Assembly: GCF_025273655.1 (NCBI RefSeq)
Contig: NZ_CP045921.1
Location: forward strand, 810,001-842,000
DNA from: Candidatus Saccharimonadota bacterium
GTDB taxonomy: Bacteria; Patescibacteriota; Saccharimonadia; Saccharimonadales; Saccharimonadaceae
Direction: 5' to 3'
Length of the DNA stretch: 32,000 nucleotides
The stretch's first letter is position 1, and each line of letters begins with the position of its first letter. Position numbers and translations under genes: made by a program. The notes under the pieces were generated by a model that saw nothing but the letters and a program-made list of their open reading frames with translations, had not been told where the DNA came from and ran no database searches. Below, one piece after another: positions 17,494-25,108 of this stretch.

Positions 17494-17535
17494 ATGTTCG
17501 TTAACAAGTCAGATTATTACAGTACATGTATATCT
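17494..17535. repeat. Left inverted-repeat arm
   Basis: The arm is ATGTTCGttaaCAAGTCAGATTATTACagTACATgtatatCT. The core CAAGTCAGATTATTAC is at 17505-17520. Confidence 0.6.
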
Positions 17536-17685
17536 GGCTGTGACTGTGGCGCTCTGGGCATCGCCATACTTGTTTGTTATGTCTAGAGCGCTGCAGTTGC
17601 AGCGCCGCTTTGCGTTGAAATTACTTCTTACGTAAAGCGAAGAGATACTCGTTACTATTTACGTTGTAAACTTACGCGCTTTCCC

Positions 17686-17745
17686 GTCGGGTACAACATC
17701 TTACCTACCAATCAGTTGATTTGCCGGTAGCATGTTGTACCCGAC
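17686..17745 (+). other. 60-nt composite stem-loop (14-bp perfect outer stem)
   Basis: GTCGGGTACAACAT at 17686-17699 pairs with ATGTTGTACCCGAC at 17732-17745. Inner helices are CTACC/GGTAG and AATCA/TGATT. The structure sits where GC content rises. Confidence 0.45.
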
Positions 17746-17863
17746 CCAGGGGTCACAACCACTTGCACAACACAGTGCAGGTGTAGATCCCCTAGGAAGG
17801 GGAAGTTATGTTCACGATCAGTATCGGTGGCATCGCCACCACCAACCGAGAGGAGGTGGCGGC

Positions 17864-19588
17864 ATGATGCTCGCCGTCATCATCGTGGCCACGCTGCTCG
17901 CAGCGTGGTTCGCGTGGCACCAGCTATGGTCGAAAGGCCTTGCGTGTGCGATCGTCGTATTCGGTATTGCGCTCGCCTGGCTGCTCGTCTTTCCGCCCAA
18001 GCTCGGTCCGCTGCAGACACCATTGTACGGTGTCGGCATCGTACTGATGCTCATTTCCATGGCAACTGTGGTCTACCTCTACTTCAAACGAGGTGGCCAT
18101 AGCGCGGATCAAAACCGCGTCGCCAAGGTGAACGGCACAGTCGCCGGAGTCATGGTGACCATCATGGTCGTCGGGGTGGCAATGGCAGTCGGTAATGCAA
18201 CCATGCCGGTCCCCAGCTCCTACAAGGGCGAGGATGTCGTCAAGGCGGCTGTCGTGGGGACGCTCGATTCCGGGCAGACCACGACCGCCCCCAAGGTGAC
18301 AACCGGTGATGCCAACTGCCGCGCATTCGACGCGCCGAAAGGTAGCAACAATTTCGGGCCAACCCCGAATATTGACCTTTCGGACGTCAACGCGGTATGG
18401 CAGCACTACCGAGAGAATGTGGCGAGCGACCCCTGCGTCGCTGCGTCCTGGATCTTGGTACGACGCGACGGGCTGACCGCCAACAAGGAAGAGATCAAGC
18501 AACTCGCTACCGCCTACCGGTCTGACCGGCAGCGGTGGCAGCGGGATCTCGACGGGTACTTCGCCGCAACATGCGGAGTATCGTTGGCGGATCTGGGTGA
18601 CATGCCGTACTACTCGTTCGGCATGATCCCGGGTGCAACTCGTACGGATATCGCCACTCCGACACAGCAATCAGAGCTGCAGAAGATGGGCTACACCTTG
18701 TTCTTCGCCAAGTGCGGCAAGGACAAGAATCCGATCGGGTTTTACGAAGTGGGTAACCGGCCGTTGTGCAACGACCAGCCATCCGCAGCAGCCCCGTTCA
18801 AGGAGATGTCACCAACCGCTCCCCCGCAGCCGATCCGGCCGCCGGGACAGGGTGGTGGGCCACCTCCATCGACACCGCCGACGACGACGCCTCCCACGAC
18901 GACGCCGCCGACAACCACACCGCCGACGACGACGCCTCCCACGACGACGCCGCCGACAACCACACCGCCGACGACGACGCCTCCCACGACGACGCCGCCG
19001 ACAACCACAACATGCCCTCCGGGGCACCCGGACTGCAAGTCGCAGTCCGGTGGCATCGATCCGCCGACAAGTCGGACCCCCGCTTCGCCGCCCCCAAGCA
19101 GCGAGCTGGAGACTTCATTGCCTCCAGAGCCGGATCCGATTGACCCCACCGTCACCTCCGACGCACCCGCGCCGGAGACAACAGTTCCGACCGTACCGAG
19201 TGCGGGTGGACAAACCGGTGGGCAGACCGCCATCCCCGACCCCGGCGCGTTGCCGGGCGGAGGAGATAGCGGTTCGAGCGAAGGTGCAGCCGGCGATGGA
19301 GGCACTGGGTCCGGTAGCGGAACTGGTGGCGATACCGCAGGTTCTGGTGATACTGCCGGCAACCAGCCTGCACACACCAGTGCAGTAGTCACAGGTGAAG
19401 CTGAAGACGCTGCGCCTACCAGCATGGCAATCGAGAACAGCGCCTATTCATCTCCGCTCAGCACAGGTCCCGGCCTCTTGGCCGTGATCGTCTTTGTGCT
19501 GTTTGGCATGCTGATTGGTGGTGCTCTCGTGCTACGCTTCGTGCGACGTCCGGTGGGCGGTGCATACAAGCCTCAGCATCTGGGGTGA
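17864..19588 (+). CDS. Hypothetical polytopic membrane protein with a Cys-containing domain, (PPTTT)n linker, Gly/Ser/Asp-rich region and a C-terminal TM helix
   Basis: ATG at 17864 is preceded by GAGAGGAGG (17848-17856). Four N-terminal hydrophobic helices are followed by an approximately 190-aa domain with 6 Cys. This is followed by nine PPTTT units and then a C-terminal helix (GLLAVIVFVLFGMLIGGALVL) plus RFVRRP. Codons are strongly G/C-ending. No family was recognised. Confidence 0.7.
   Translation: MMLAVIIVATLLAAWFAWHQLWSKGLACAIVVFGIALAWLLVFPPKLGPLQTPLYGVGIVLMLISMATVVYLYFKRGGHSADQNRVAKVNGTVAGVMVTIMVVGVAMAVGNATMPVPSSYKGEDVVKAAVVGTLDSGQTTTAPKVTTGDANCRAFDAPKGSNNFGPTPNIDLSDVNAVWQHYRENVASDPCVAASWILVRRDGLTANKEEIKQLATAYRSDRQRWQRDLDGYFAATCGVSLADLGDMPYYSFGMIPGATRTDIATPTQQSELQKMGYTLFFAKCGKDKNPIGFYEVGNRPLCNDQPSAAAPFKEMSPTAPPQPIRPPGQGGGPPPSTPPTTTPPTTTPPTTTPPTTTPPTTTPPTTTPPTTTPPTTTPPTTTTCPPGHPDCKSQSGGIDPPTSRTPASPPPSSELETSLPPEPDPIDPTVTSDAPAPETTVPTVPSAGGQTGGQTAIPDPGALPGGGDSGSSEGAAGDGGTGSGSGTGGDTAGSGDTAGNQPAHTSAVVTGEAEDAAPTSMAIENSAYSSPLSTGPGLLAVIVFVLFGMLIGGALVLRFVRRPVGGAYKPQHLG
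18872..19006 (+). repeat. Three perfect tandem copies of a 45-bp unit
   Basis: ACACCGCCGACGACGACGCCTCCCACGACGACGCCGCCGACAACC occupies 18872-18916, 18917-18961 and 18962-19006 with no mismatch. It is in frame and encodes the PPTTT repeats. Confidence 0.95.
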
Positions 19589-19619
19589 TCGACACAACTA
19601 AATAGATAGACGGGTATCT

Positions 19620-19650
19620 CCGGGGAGCTAGCCACAAGTTGGCTCCCCGG
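19620..19650 (+). terminator. GC-rich hairpin after the island gene (no U-tract)
   Basis: CCGGGGAGC (19620-19628) pairs with GCTCCCCGG (19642-19650), 32 nt after the stop. The lack of a T-run makes terminator function uncertain. Confidence 0.4.
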
Positions 19651-19660
19651 GATATTCCCT

Positions 19661-19699
19661 AGATGTATCGTAATAATCTGACTTGCACGATCCGAACAT
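19661..19699. repeat. Right inverted-repeat arm
   Basis: The arm is AGATGTATCGTAATAATCTGACTTGcacgatcCGAACAT. Its reverse complement shares blocks of 7, 16 and about 7 nt with the left arm. The core is at 19670-19685. Confidence 0.6.
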
Positions 19700-19744
19700 T
19701 AACAAATCGGTATAGCGCTTGTGTTAAAAAAGTTGTATAAAATA

Positions 19745-19772
19745 TTTACTTTTATAATTTTTGTTGTATAAT
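19745..19772 (+). promoter_or_regulatory. Promoter of the LPXTG protein gene (TTTACT-16 nt-TATAAT)
   Basis: TTTACT is at 19745-19750 and TATAAT at 19767-19772, in a very AT-rich spacer. A 5'UTR hairpin ATGAGCA/TGCTCAT (19792-19812) abuts the RBS AAAGGAG (19813-19819). Confidence 0.45.
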
Positions 19773-19825
19773 GACAATTAAACTATAACAAATGAGCATG
19801 TGGAGTGCTCATAAAGGAGTGTGTA

Positions 19826-21595
19826 ATGAAAAAACTATTCGCTGCGCTGCGAAGCGCACCAAAGCGAGTTGCAACACTGGCTATCGTAGCTGCGGCTATC
19901 GCCGTGCCAGCTAGCCTCTACGCATGGGGTCCAGATCGTCCTACATACACTATGCAGGATCCAGCAGATCACGTGACGTTCAACTCGATCACAGACAATG
20001 CAAAATACGGTGACGAGCGTAACTTCGTCCAAATCCGTGAAGCCGGTACCGGTACTTACGGTGAGAACATAAATATCCAGCCAGGCAAAGAATACGAGGT
20101 ATTCGTCTACTACCACAACAATGCGGCGACACGCCTCAACAGTGCAGAAAATGGCTACAAAGGTATCGCGCAAAACGCAAAAATGCGCATTCAGATGCCA
20201 GCAAGTGTTGCTGCCGGTCAAAAAGCACGTGTTACCGGCGTACTCAGTGCTGACAACGCTCAGCCACAGCAAGTATGGGACGAAGCCTATGGCACCTCTA
20301 CTTCAAATGACACAATGTACCTGCGCTACACACAGGGTTCAGCCACTATCCATAACCTCGGTACTACAAACGGCGCAACAATGCCCGACAGCCTGTTCGG
20401 CGAAGGTGCACCACTTGGCTACAACAGCCTCGATGGCAAGCTGCCTGGTTGTAACGAGTATGCTGGCTATGTCACATTCCGTTTCAAGGCCGTACAGCCA
20501 AACTTCGAAGTTAGCAAGCAAGTATCAAAAGCTGGCGCAAATAGCTACAGCGAAAACGTCACTGTCAATCCTGGCGACAGCGTCAACTACAAAATCCAGT
20601 ACAAAAACACTGGTACTGTTAAGCAAGACAATGTCGTAATCAACGACGTATTGCCAAAAGGCGTTACCTATGTCCCTGGCACTACCTACTACGCGACCGG
20701 CAATAGCAATGGTCAGTGGGTCAAATCAACAAGTGACAACGTGACGAAGGGTGGTATCAATATCGGTACCTTCTCGCCTGGCGCAAATGCCTATGTAGCA
20801 TTCACTGCTAAGGTAGCATCAAACGATGAACTCGAAAAATGTGGTACCAACGTACTCACTAACAAGGCACAGGCAATCACAGAGAACGGCACCAAAGAAG
20901 ACACGGCAGACGTGACCACTAACAAAGAGTGTAAGCCACAGCCAGAGTACAAATGTACCGCGCTCGCTGTCAGCACACTGAGCGACACCAAGTTCAAGTT
21001 TGAAACTGGCTACAGTGTCAGTGGTGGCACGTTCAAGAGTGTCAGTTACACTGTCCGCAACGAAGCTGGTGCAACCGTAGCAACTGTCGCCGGCACACCA
21101 AATGCAGCAGAGTACACTCAGACCACACCAGGTAAGTACACCGTACAGGCAACAGTGACATTCACTGTCAACGGTCAGGACGTAACTGCCACCGGTGACG
21201 CATGTAAAAAAGCGTTTGAGGTACCAACCCCACCACAGCCAGGCGAGATCAAAGTCTGTGACCTCAGCACAAAGCAAATTGTCACAATCAAAGAAGATGA
21301 ATTTGACTCAAGCAAGTACTCGAAAAACCTCGAAGACTGCGCTGAAACGCAAATCATCGTCTGCGACATGACTACCAAAACTATCGTGACGATCAAAGAA
21401 AACGAGCTTGACTCAAACAAATACACCAAAGACACAAGCATGTGCCAGGTTACACCTGTCACACCGACAACTCCAGCGACTCCAGCTGAGCTTCCTATGA
21501 CTGGTAGCACAGACGGACCACTGACTATCGCAGGTCTTGCGACCCTTGCCCTCGTGCTTGGTTACGCAGTCACTGCCCGCCGTACACTCGGCTAA
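19826..21595 (+). CDS. LPXTG-anchored surface protein with a DUF11/'conserved repeat domain' and Cys-bracketed C-terminal repeats
   Basis: ATG at 19826 follows the AAAGGAG RBS. The signal peptide is MKKLFAALRSAPKRVATLAIVAAAIAVPASLYA. A DUF11-like segment reads VTVNPGDSVNYKIQYKNTGTVKQDNVVINDVLPKGVTYVPGT. Two 35-aa repeats fall at 21248-21457. The sorting signal is LPMTG (21491-21505) plus a hydrophobic stretch plus ARRTLG. Confidence 0.85.
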   Translation: MKKLFAALRSAPKRVATLAIVAAAIAVPASLYAWGPDRPTYTMQDPADHVTFNSITDNAKYGDERNFVQIREAGTGTYGENINIQPGKEYEVFVYYHNNAATRLNSAENGYKGIAQNAKMRIQMPASVAAGQKARVTGVLSADNAQPQQVWDEAYGTSTSNDTMYLRYTQGSATIHNLGTTNGATMPDSLFGEGAPLGYNSLDGKLPGCNEYAGYVTFRFKAVQPNFEVSKQVSKAGANSYSENVTVNPGDSVNYKIQYKNTGTVKQDNVVINDVLPKGVTYVPGTTYYATGNSNGQWVKSTSDNVTKGGINIGTFSPGANAYVAFTAKVASNDELEKCGTNVLTNKAQAITENGTKEDTADVTTNKECKPQPEYKCTALAVSTLSDTKFKFETGYSVSGGTFKSVSYTVRNEAGATVATVAGTPNAAEYTQTTPGKYTVQATVTFTVNGQDVTATGDACKKAFEVPTPPQPGEIKVCDLSTKQIVTIKEDEFDSSKYSKNLEDCAETQIIVCDMTTKTIVTIKENELDSNKYTKDTSMCQVTPVTPTTPATPAELPMTGSTDGPLTIAGLATLALVLGYAVTARRTLG

Positions 21596-21643
21596 TACGA
21601 GACTGACCGCTCATCCAAACTGACACGTCAGTTTCTACCAGAA

Positions 21644-21671
21644 CCACCTCTATACGATAGGGGTGGTTTTT
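21644..21671 (+). terminator. Rho-independent terminator
   Basis: CCACCTCTA-tacga-TAGGGGTGG is followed by TTTTT. A second small hairpin, AAACTGAC-ac-GTCAGTTT, lies just upstream at 21617-21634. Confidence 0.75.
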
Positions 21672-21687
21672 GGTAGAATTAAGATAT

Positions 21688-21912
21688 ATGAGCAAACAGA
21701 AAAAAAAGCGTAACAAGCCGTATACTGGTGCTGGCAGCAACGCCGTCCGACCACAGACAATCCGCGTCGAAGCAGTGCAGCGCAACAAGGCGCAGCTGTG
21801 GTGGCACGATCGCAAGCACGTGCTCAAACCCGCACTCATCGCTGCAGCTGTCGTGATCATACTAGGCTATCTGCTCTACGAATTATTTCGTCTTATCTTC
21901 GTCGGCGTGTAG
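21688..21912 (+). CDS. Small basic single-pass membrane protein (74 aa), hypothetical
   Basis: An extended -10 TGgTAGAAT (21671-21679) lies 8 nt before ATG 21688, so the mRNA is probably leaderless. The protein reads MSKQKKKRNKPYTG... and has a C-terminal helix ALIAAAVVIILGYLLYELF. The 3' 30 nt overlap the convergent kinase gene. Confidence 0.5.
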   Translation: MSKQKKKRNKPYTGAGSNAVRPQTIRVEAVQRNKAQLWWHDRKHVLKPALIAAAVVIILGYLLYELFRLIFVGV

Positions 21913-24087
21913 CGCAGCAAGTGGCAAGCTAAAGCCAAATATGCTGCCTTTGCCCTCGCGCGACGAAAAGATGATATCACCACCATGCTCCGAGATGACC
22001 TTTTTTGCCAAATACAACCCCACACCTGTGCCGTCCGGTCGTTGCCTACGTGCATTGCTCGCTCGATAAAACTTGCTAAACAGCCGTGCCTGCGCACTCT
22101 TTGGCACGCCAATACCGCTATCTTCCACCGTAAACACAAGCTTTCCTGCTTTGCGGCCCAGGCGCACATCGATAGTCCCACCTTCGTGCGAATAATAGAT
22201 AGCGTTGTCGATGAAATTCATCACTACTTGGCGCAGCTTACTCTCATCAATCAGTATTTGTTTTGGCAATCTCCCACTTTTCTCAAAATTAAGTTTCAAC
22301 TCCCGCGACTCAGCTGTCGAACGAAGCACATTTACCTCATCAGAAATCATAGCTACAATATCGCTGGGGCGCGTATCAAGTGCAAATCGCCCCGTCTGCA
22401 GACGTGACATATTCAGGAAATCTTCGATAAGACTTACCATACGCTGGCTGCTGGCAAAAGCTTCATTGAGTAAGTGTTTCTGCTGTGCGTTCACCGGCCC
22501 CGCGTCGCCGTCAAGTACGAGGCTGATATAGCCTTTCACGCTCGTAAGTGGCGTACGTAGTTGGTGTGACGCGATGCTCAGAAACTCGTCTTTTACTTCG
22601 TCGATCTTATGCAGCTGAGCGTTGCTATGACGCAACTCTTTGGTGGCAGTACTCACTTCTTGACGCAGGCGTTTGTTAAACGCTTTTATTTCGTCGAAGC
22701 GCAGACCGTTTTGCACGGCGAGCGCAAGTTCGTCAGCCGTCGTAGCTAGCAGCTGCATATCCTGTTCGCTATACGGTAGACCGTTTTGGCGTTCGCCAAA
22801 AAAAAGCACCCCTACCTGCTCGCCCTTTACTAGCAATTGCACGATCACCTGTGCTCCGGAATCTTCTGCCACCTGACGCGTCTCAAACTGTGTGATATCG
22901 CTTACCCGTACTGTCCGTGGCAAATCGGCTAGAATATCTTTGACAATCTCCAGCTGCTGACGATATCGCCTGGGTGTATGTCGTCCACGAAGATTGCGAA
23001 CATAGTGATGTGTACGGCCTTTTGACGACATGATATAGAATGACACATATGCTGGAGCAAGTGCGTCTACCAGCACAGCAAGTGATTTACCGATAACTCG
23101 GTTGAGTTCAATTTCGTTGGCCGTCACGGTGCTAAATTGCTGGAGTACATCGTTGAAATTGTAATCGCGGTGATAAAAGAAACGATACGTCACCTTATCG
23201 AGTAGTGTCCGCAGTGGCCCAAGACTGAGAGACAGCGCCAAGGCTGAGCCCAGATAAAAAAGCTGCTGTACAACATCCGGCTGTGCGTCTCGAAATACCA
23301 TACCACCAATGCCAAATATAATTGCACTGTAGAGCACTACCACTACCGCCGCCACCGCTACATACCCCACCGAACGCGCTACTGCAGCTCGTACATCGAA
23401 AATTCCCTGTGTAATCAGCACATAAAGTAGGTAGCCTGTAAACGCAAACGTAAATGGAGGACCCATCCATATAGCCTCGTAATTACCGAGAAGTGGCAGT
23501 ATGATATCGAAGTACGCACCAGCAACCACTACAATCGCAAGTGTGTAGATAATCATGAGCACCTGGTGAGCGTATTTTTTTGCCCGAGTTCGTCGCACAT
23601 GCCGATAACTCATCATCAAACGCATGAATGCTGCTGCGACAAATCCACCAAAAATCAAGATATATAGAAGATACCAGCTCATGTTCAGCTCAATCGCATT
23701 TAATATCCCCGTTACCGACGCCTGCGCTACTACACCCTGCGGTGCCACCGCAACTAACACAGCTAGGCCGGCTATGGCCCAGCTTACGAGACGCTCTATA
23801 CGACTAACAAACCATGGCACTGGATACTGCAGCGAGAAATTATAGAGGCCAAATGCCATGACAATCGCGGTCGCATAGTATGTCTTAGCACAAAGCTCGG
23901 CAAGCTGCGGATCTTTTTGGAGCATAAACAGCAGCATCAGCAGGCTCCAGGCGCCCGCCCCCAGCACCATCACGCCAGACCAGACATTTATCGAACGACG
24001 CCGACGCGCCAAAAGTAATACTGCACCTACAGCTAGCGCCATAAGTGCGCAGCAGAGCAGTAATATCACCAGTGGATAAATCGTCAC
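21883..24087 (-). CDS. Sensor histidine kinase (multi-TM sensor + GAF-like + HisKA + HATPase_c)
   Basis: The 734-aa ORF starts at a GTG overlapping the upstream stop (GTGA). The N-terminal half has about 7-8 TM helices. A GAF-like segment reads VIVQLLVKGEQVGVLFFGER. The H-box is FLSIASHQLRTPLTSVKGY, the N-box is NFIDNAIYYS, and the G1/G2 boxes are EDSGIGVP and GTGVGLYLAK. Confidence 0.9.
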   Translation of the reverse strand: MTIYPLVILLLCCALMALAVGAVLLLARRRRSINVWSGVMVLGAGAWSLLMLLFMLQKDPQLAELCAKTYYATAIVMAFGLYNFSLQYPVPWFVSRIERLVSWAIAGLAVLVAVAPQGVVAQASVTGILNAIELNMSWYLLYILIFGGFVAAAFMRLMMSYRHVRRTRAKKYAHQVLMIIYTLAIVVVAGAYFDIILPLLGNYEAIWMGPPFTFAFTGYLLYVLITQGIFDVRAAVARSVGYVAVAAVVVVLYSAIIFGIGGMVFRDAQPDVVQQLFYLGSALALSLSLGPLRTLLDKVTYRFFYHRDYNFNDVLQQFSTVTANEIELNRVIGKSLAVLVDALAPAYVSFYIMSSKGRTHHYVRNLRGRHTPRRYRQQLEIVKDILADLPRTVRVSDITQFETRQVAEDSGAQVIVQLLVKGEQVGVLFFGERQNGLPYSEQDMQLLATTADELALAVQNGLRFDEIKAFNKRLRQEVSTATKELRHSNAQLHKIDEVKDEFLSIASHQLRTPLTSVKGYISLVLDGDAGPVNAQQKHLLNEAFASSQRMVSLIEDFLNMSRLQTGRFALDTRPSDIVAMISDEVNVLRSTAESRELKLNFEKSGRLPKQILIDESKLRQVVMNFIDNAIYYSHEGGTIDVRLGRKAGKLVFTVEDSGIGVPKSAQARLFSKFYRASNARRQRPDGTGVGLYLAKKVISEHGGDIIFSSREGKGSIFGFSLPLAALHADEDKTK

Positions 24088-25064
24088 ACCGCTACCTCGT
24101 AGACCGCGTAAACGCCGTCGTCTGGTCGTAGCACCGTCAACTGCCCCAAGGGAATGCCAGCGTGTGCCACTAGCGTCACCACTTCATGCTCTTCGCGCAC
24201 AATTACGCCCGGCCACCCCATGCCGCGCTGATGCACATGCAGATGAGGGTGTGACGGCAGCATATTGGTAAAAAAGAGCGATGCACCAGGCTGCAGGTGA
24301 GTGTAGATACTCTTCAGTAGCAGTACCGCATTGTCGGGAGAAAGATACTCAAACAGACCCATTGCATCGACGATAGCAGGCCGGAAGCCTTTGATCTGAG
24401 CAACCAATTGATCGTTGTGTTGGATAACGTTGAGTTGTGTCGTCTGGAGCGTTTCCGGTGCAATACCATACTCTGTTGACAATGTTGCCGCAGCCGCCAA
24501 TGCGCCTCCGTCCATATCGAGTAGCCGATATGAAACATCGCCTGGCAAGAGTCGTGCCGCATCAAATGTCGCCTGCCCAACACCACACGCAATACTCATC
24601 CAGTGCACTTCGGTTGCATCCCGGTACTTCCCCGTCACACGCCAGGCCATCGCATAAGCACGCGAGCGTACTCCTATGCCATCGTGAGCATGGCGAAAAA
24701 ACGAGCGCGCTAACGGATCGAGTCGTTTGCCGTTTTTAAGTCGCTTACGATCTGGATCGTACGCATGATACGTCACAAATCCGCCCGGCATATAGTCGTA
24801 CAGTGTATGAAACGACGGAGATGCGTAGACAAATGTGCGTGCGATATTGATACGACTGTCAAACTGCGTACGTGGCCGCCTCGACAAGTAGCGATTGAGT
24901 ATATTACCCGAAGTGCGAATCACTGCTCGCTCAAGACCATAACGCGAACGCGAAAAGCGGTCACGCACGGTCAGCGAAATACGCGCGTAGCCTTCGGGCA
25001 TGTCCTGCTTCCGGCTTCGCACCACGCTAAAATAGTCATACTCCTGAGCTCGCTGCTGTGTCAT
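24084..25064 (-). CDS. Class I SAM-dependent methyltransferase-like protein
   Basis: The 326-aa ORF has an ATG start. Rossmann MTase motifs are in order: I MSIACGVGQ, post-I acidic LLDMDG, II IVDAMGLFEYL, III LQPGASLFFTN. The approximately 150-aa N-terminal region was not recognised. The gene is translationally coupled to the kinase. Confidence 0.65.
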   Translation of the reverse strand: MTQQRAQEYDYFSVVRSRKQDMPEGYARISLTVRDRFSRSRYGLERAVIRTSGNILNRYLSRRPRTQFDSRINIARTFVYASPSFHTLYDYMPGGFVTYHAYDPDRKRLKNGKRLDPLARSFFRHAHDGIGVRSRAYAMAWRVTGKYRDATEVHWMSIACGVGQATFDAARLLPGDVSYRLLDMDGGALAAAATLSTEYGIAPETLQTTQLNVIQHNDQLVAQIKGFRPAIVDAMGLFEYLSPDNAVLLLKSIYTHLQPGASLFFTNMLPSHPHLHVHQRGMGWPGVIVREEHEVVTLVAHAGIPLGQLTVLRPDDGVYAVYEVAV

Positions 25065-25108
25065 GTGCTACCCATCTCGCTTATTCTTTGCTATAGTATA
25101 CCCTAGCT

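Larger units (their letters stand above)
17494..19699. mobile_element. Inverted-repeat-bounded, GC-rich single-gene island (possible non-autonomous element or horizontally acquired cassette)
   Basis: Terminal inverted repeats are at 17494-17535 and 19661-19699, with a perfect 16-bp core. The interior gene has clearly higher GC and GC3 than the flanks. No transposase or integrase is present and no target-site duplication was found. Confidence 0.3.

Noticed and set aside
17732-17863. The upstream start (ATG 17732) for the island ORF given by the ORF track.
   Set aside because: That ATG is the first base of the 3' arm of a 14-bp stem and has no RBS. It adds a 44-aa His/Arg/Gly-rich extension. 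ATG 17864 has GAGAGGAGG 7 nt upstream and begins directly with a TM helix.
18872-19006. Direct repeats considered as a possible CRISPR array.
   Set aside because: The 45-bp units are contiguous with no spacers, lie in frame inside a CDS, and there are no cas genes in the window.
18633-19425. Several long ORFs in other frames or on the other strand across the PT-repeat region (for example 18633..19388 +, 18742..19425 -, 18809..19027 - with RRRRGRRRR runs).
   Set aside because: They are frame-shadow artefacts of GC-rich, repetitive (ACG/CCG)n DNA. Only the 17864..19588 frame has an SD, TM helices and continuity across the whole island.
17480-19712. A target-site duplication flanking the inverted repeats.
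   Set aside because: The bases immediately outside the arms (..GGGGCGAT | and | TAACAAATC..) share no direct repeat. TTAACAA occurs near both ends (17501 and 19699), but at non-equivalent positions relative to the arms. Transposition therefore cannot be claimed from this evidence.
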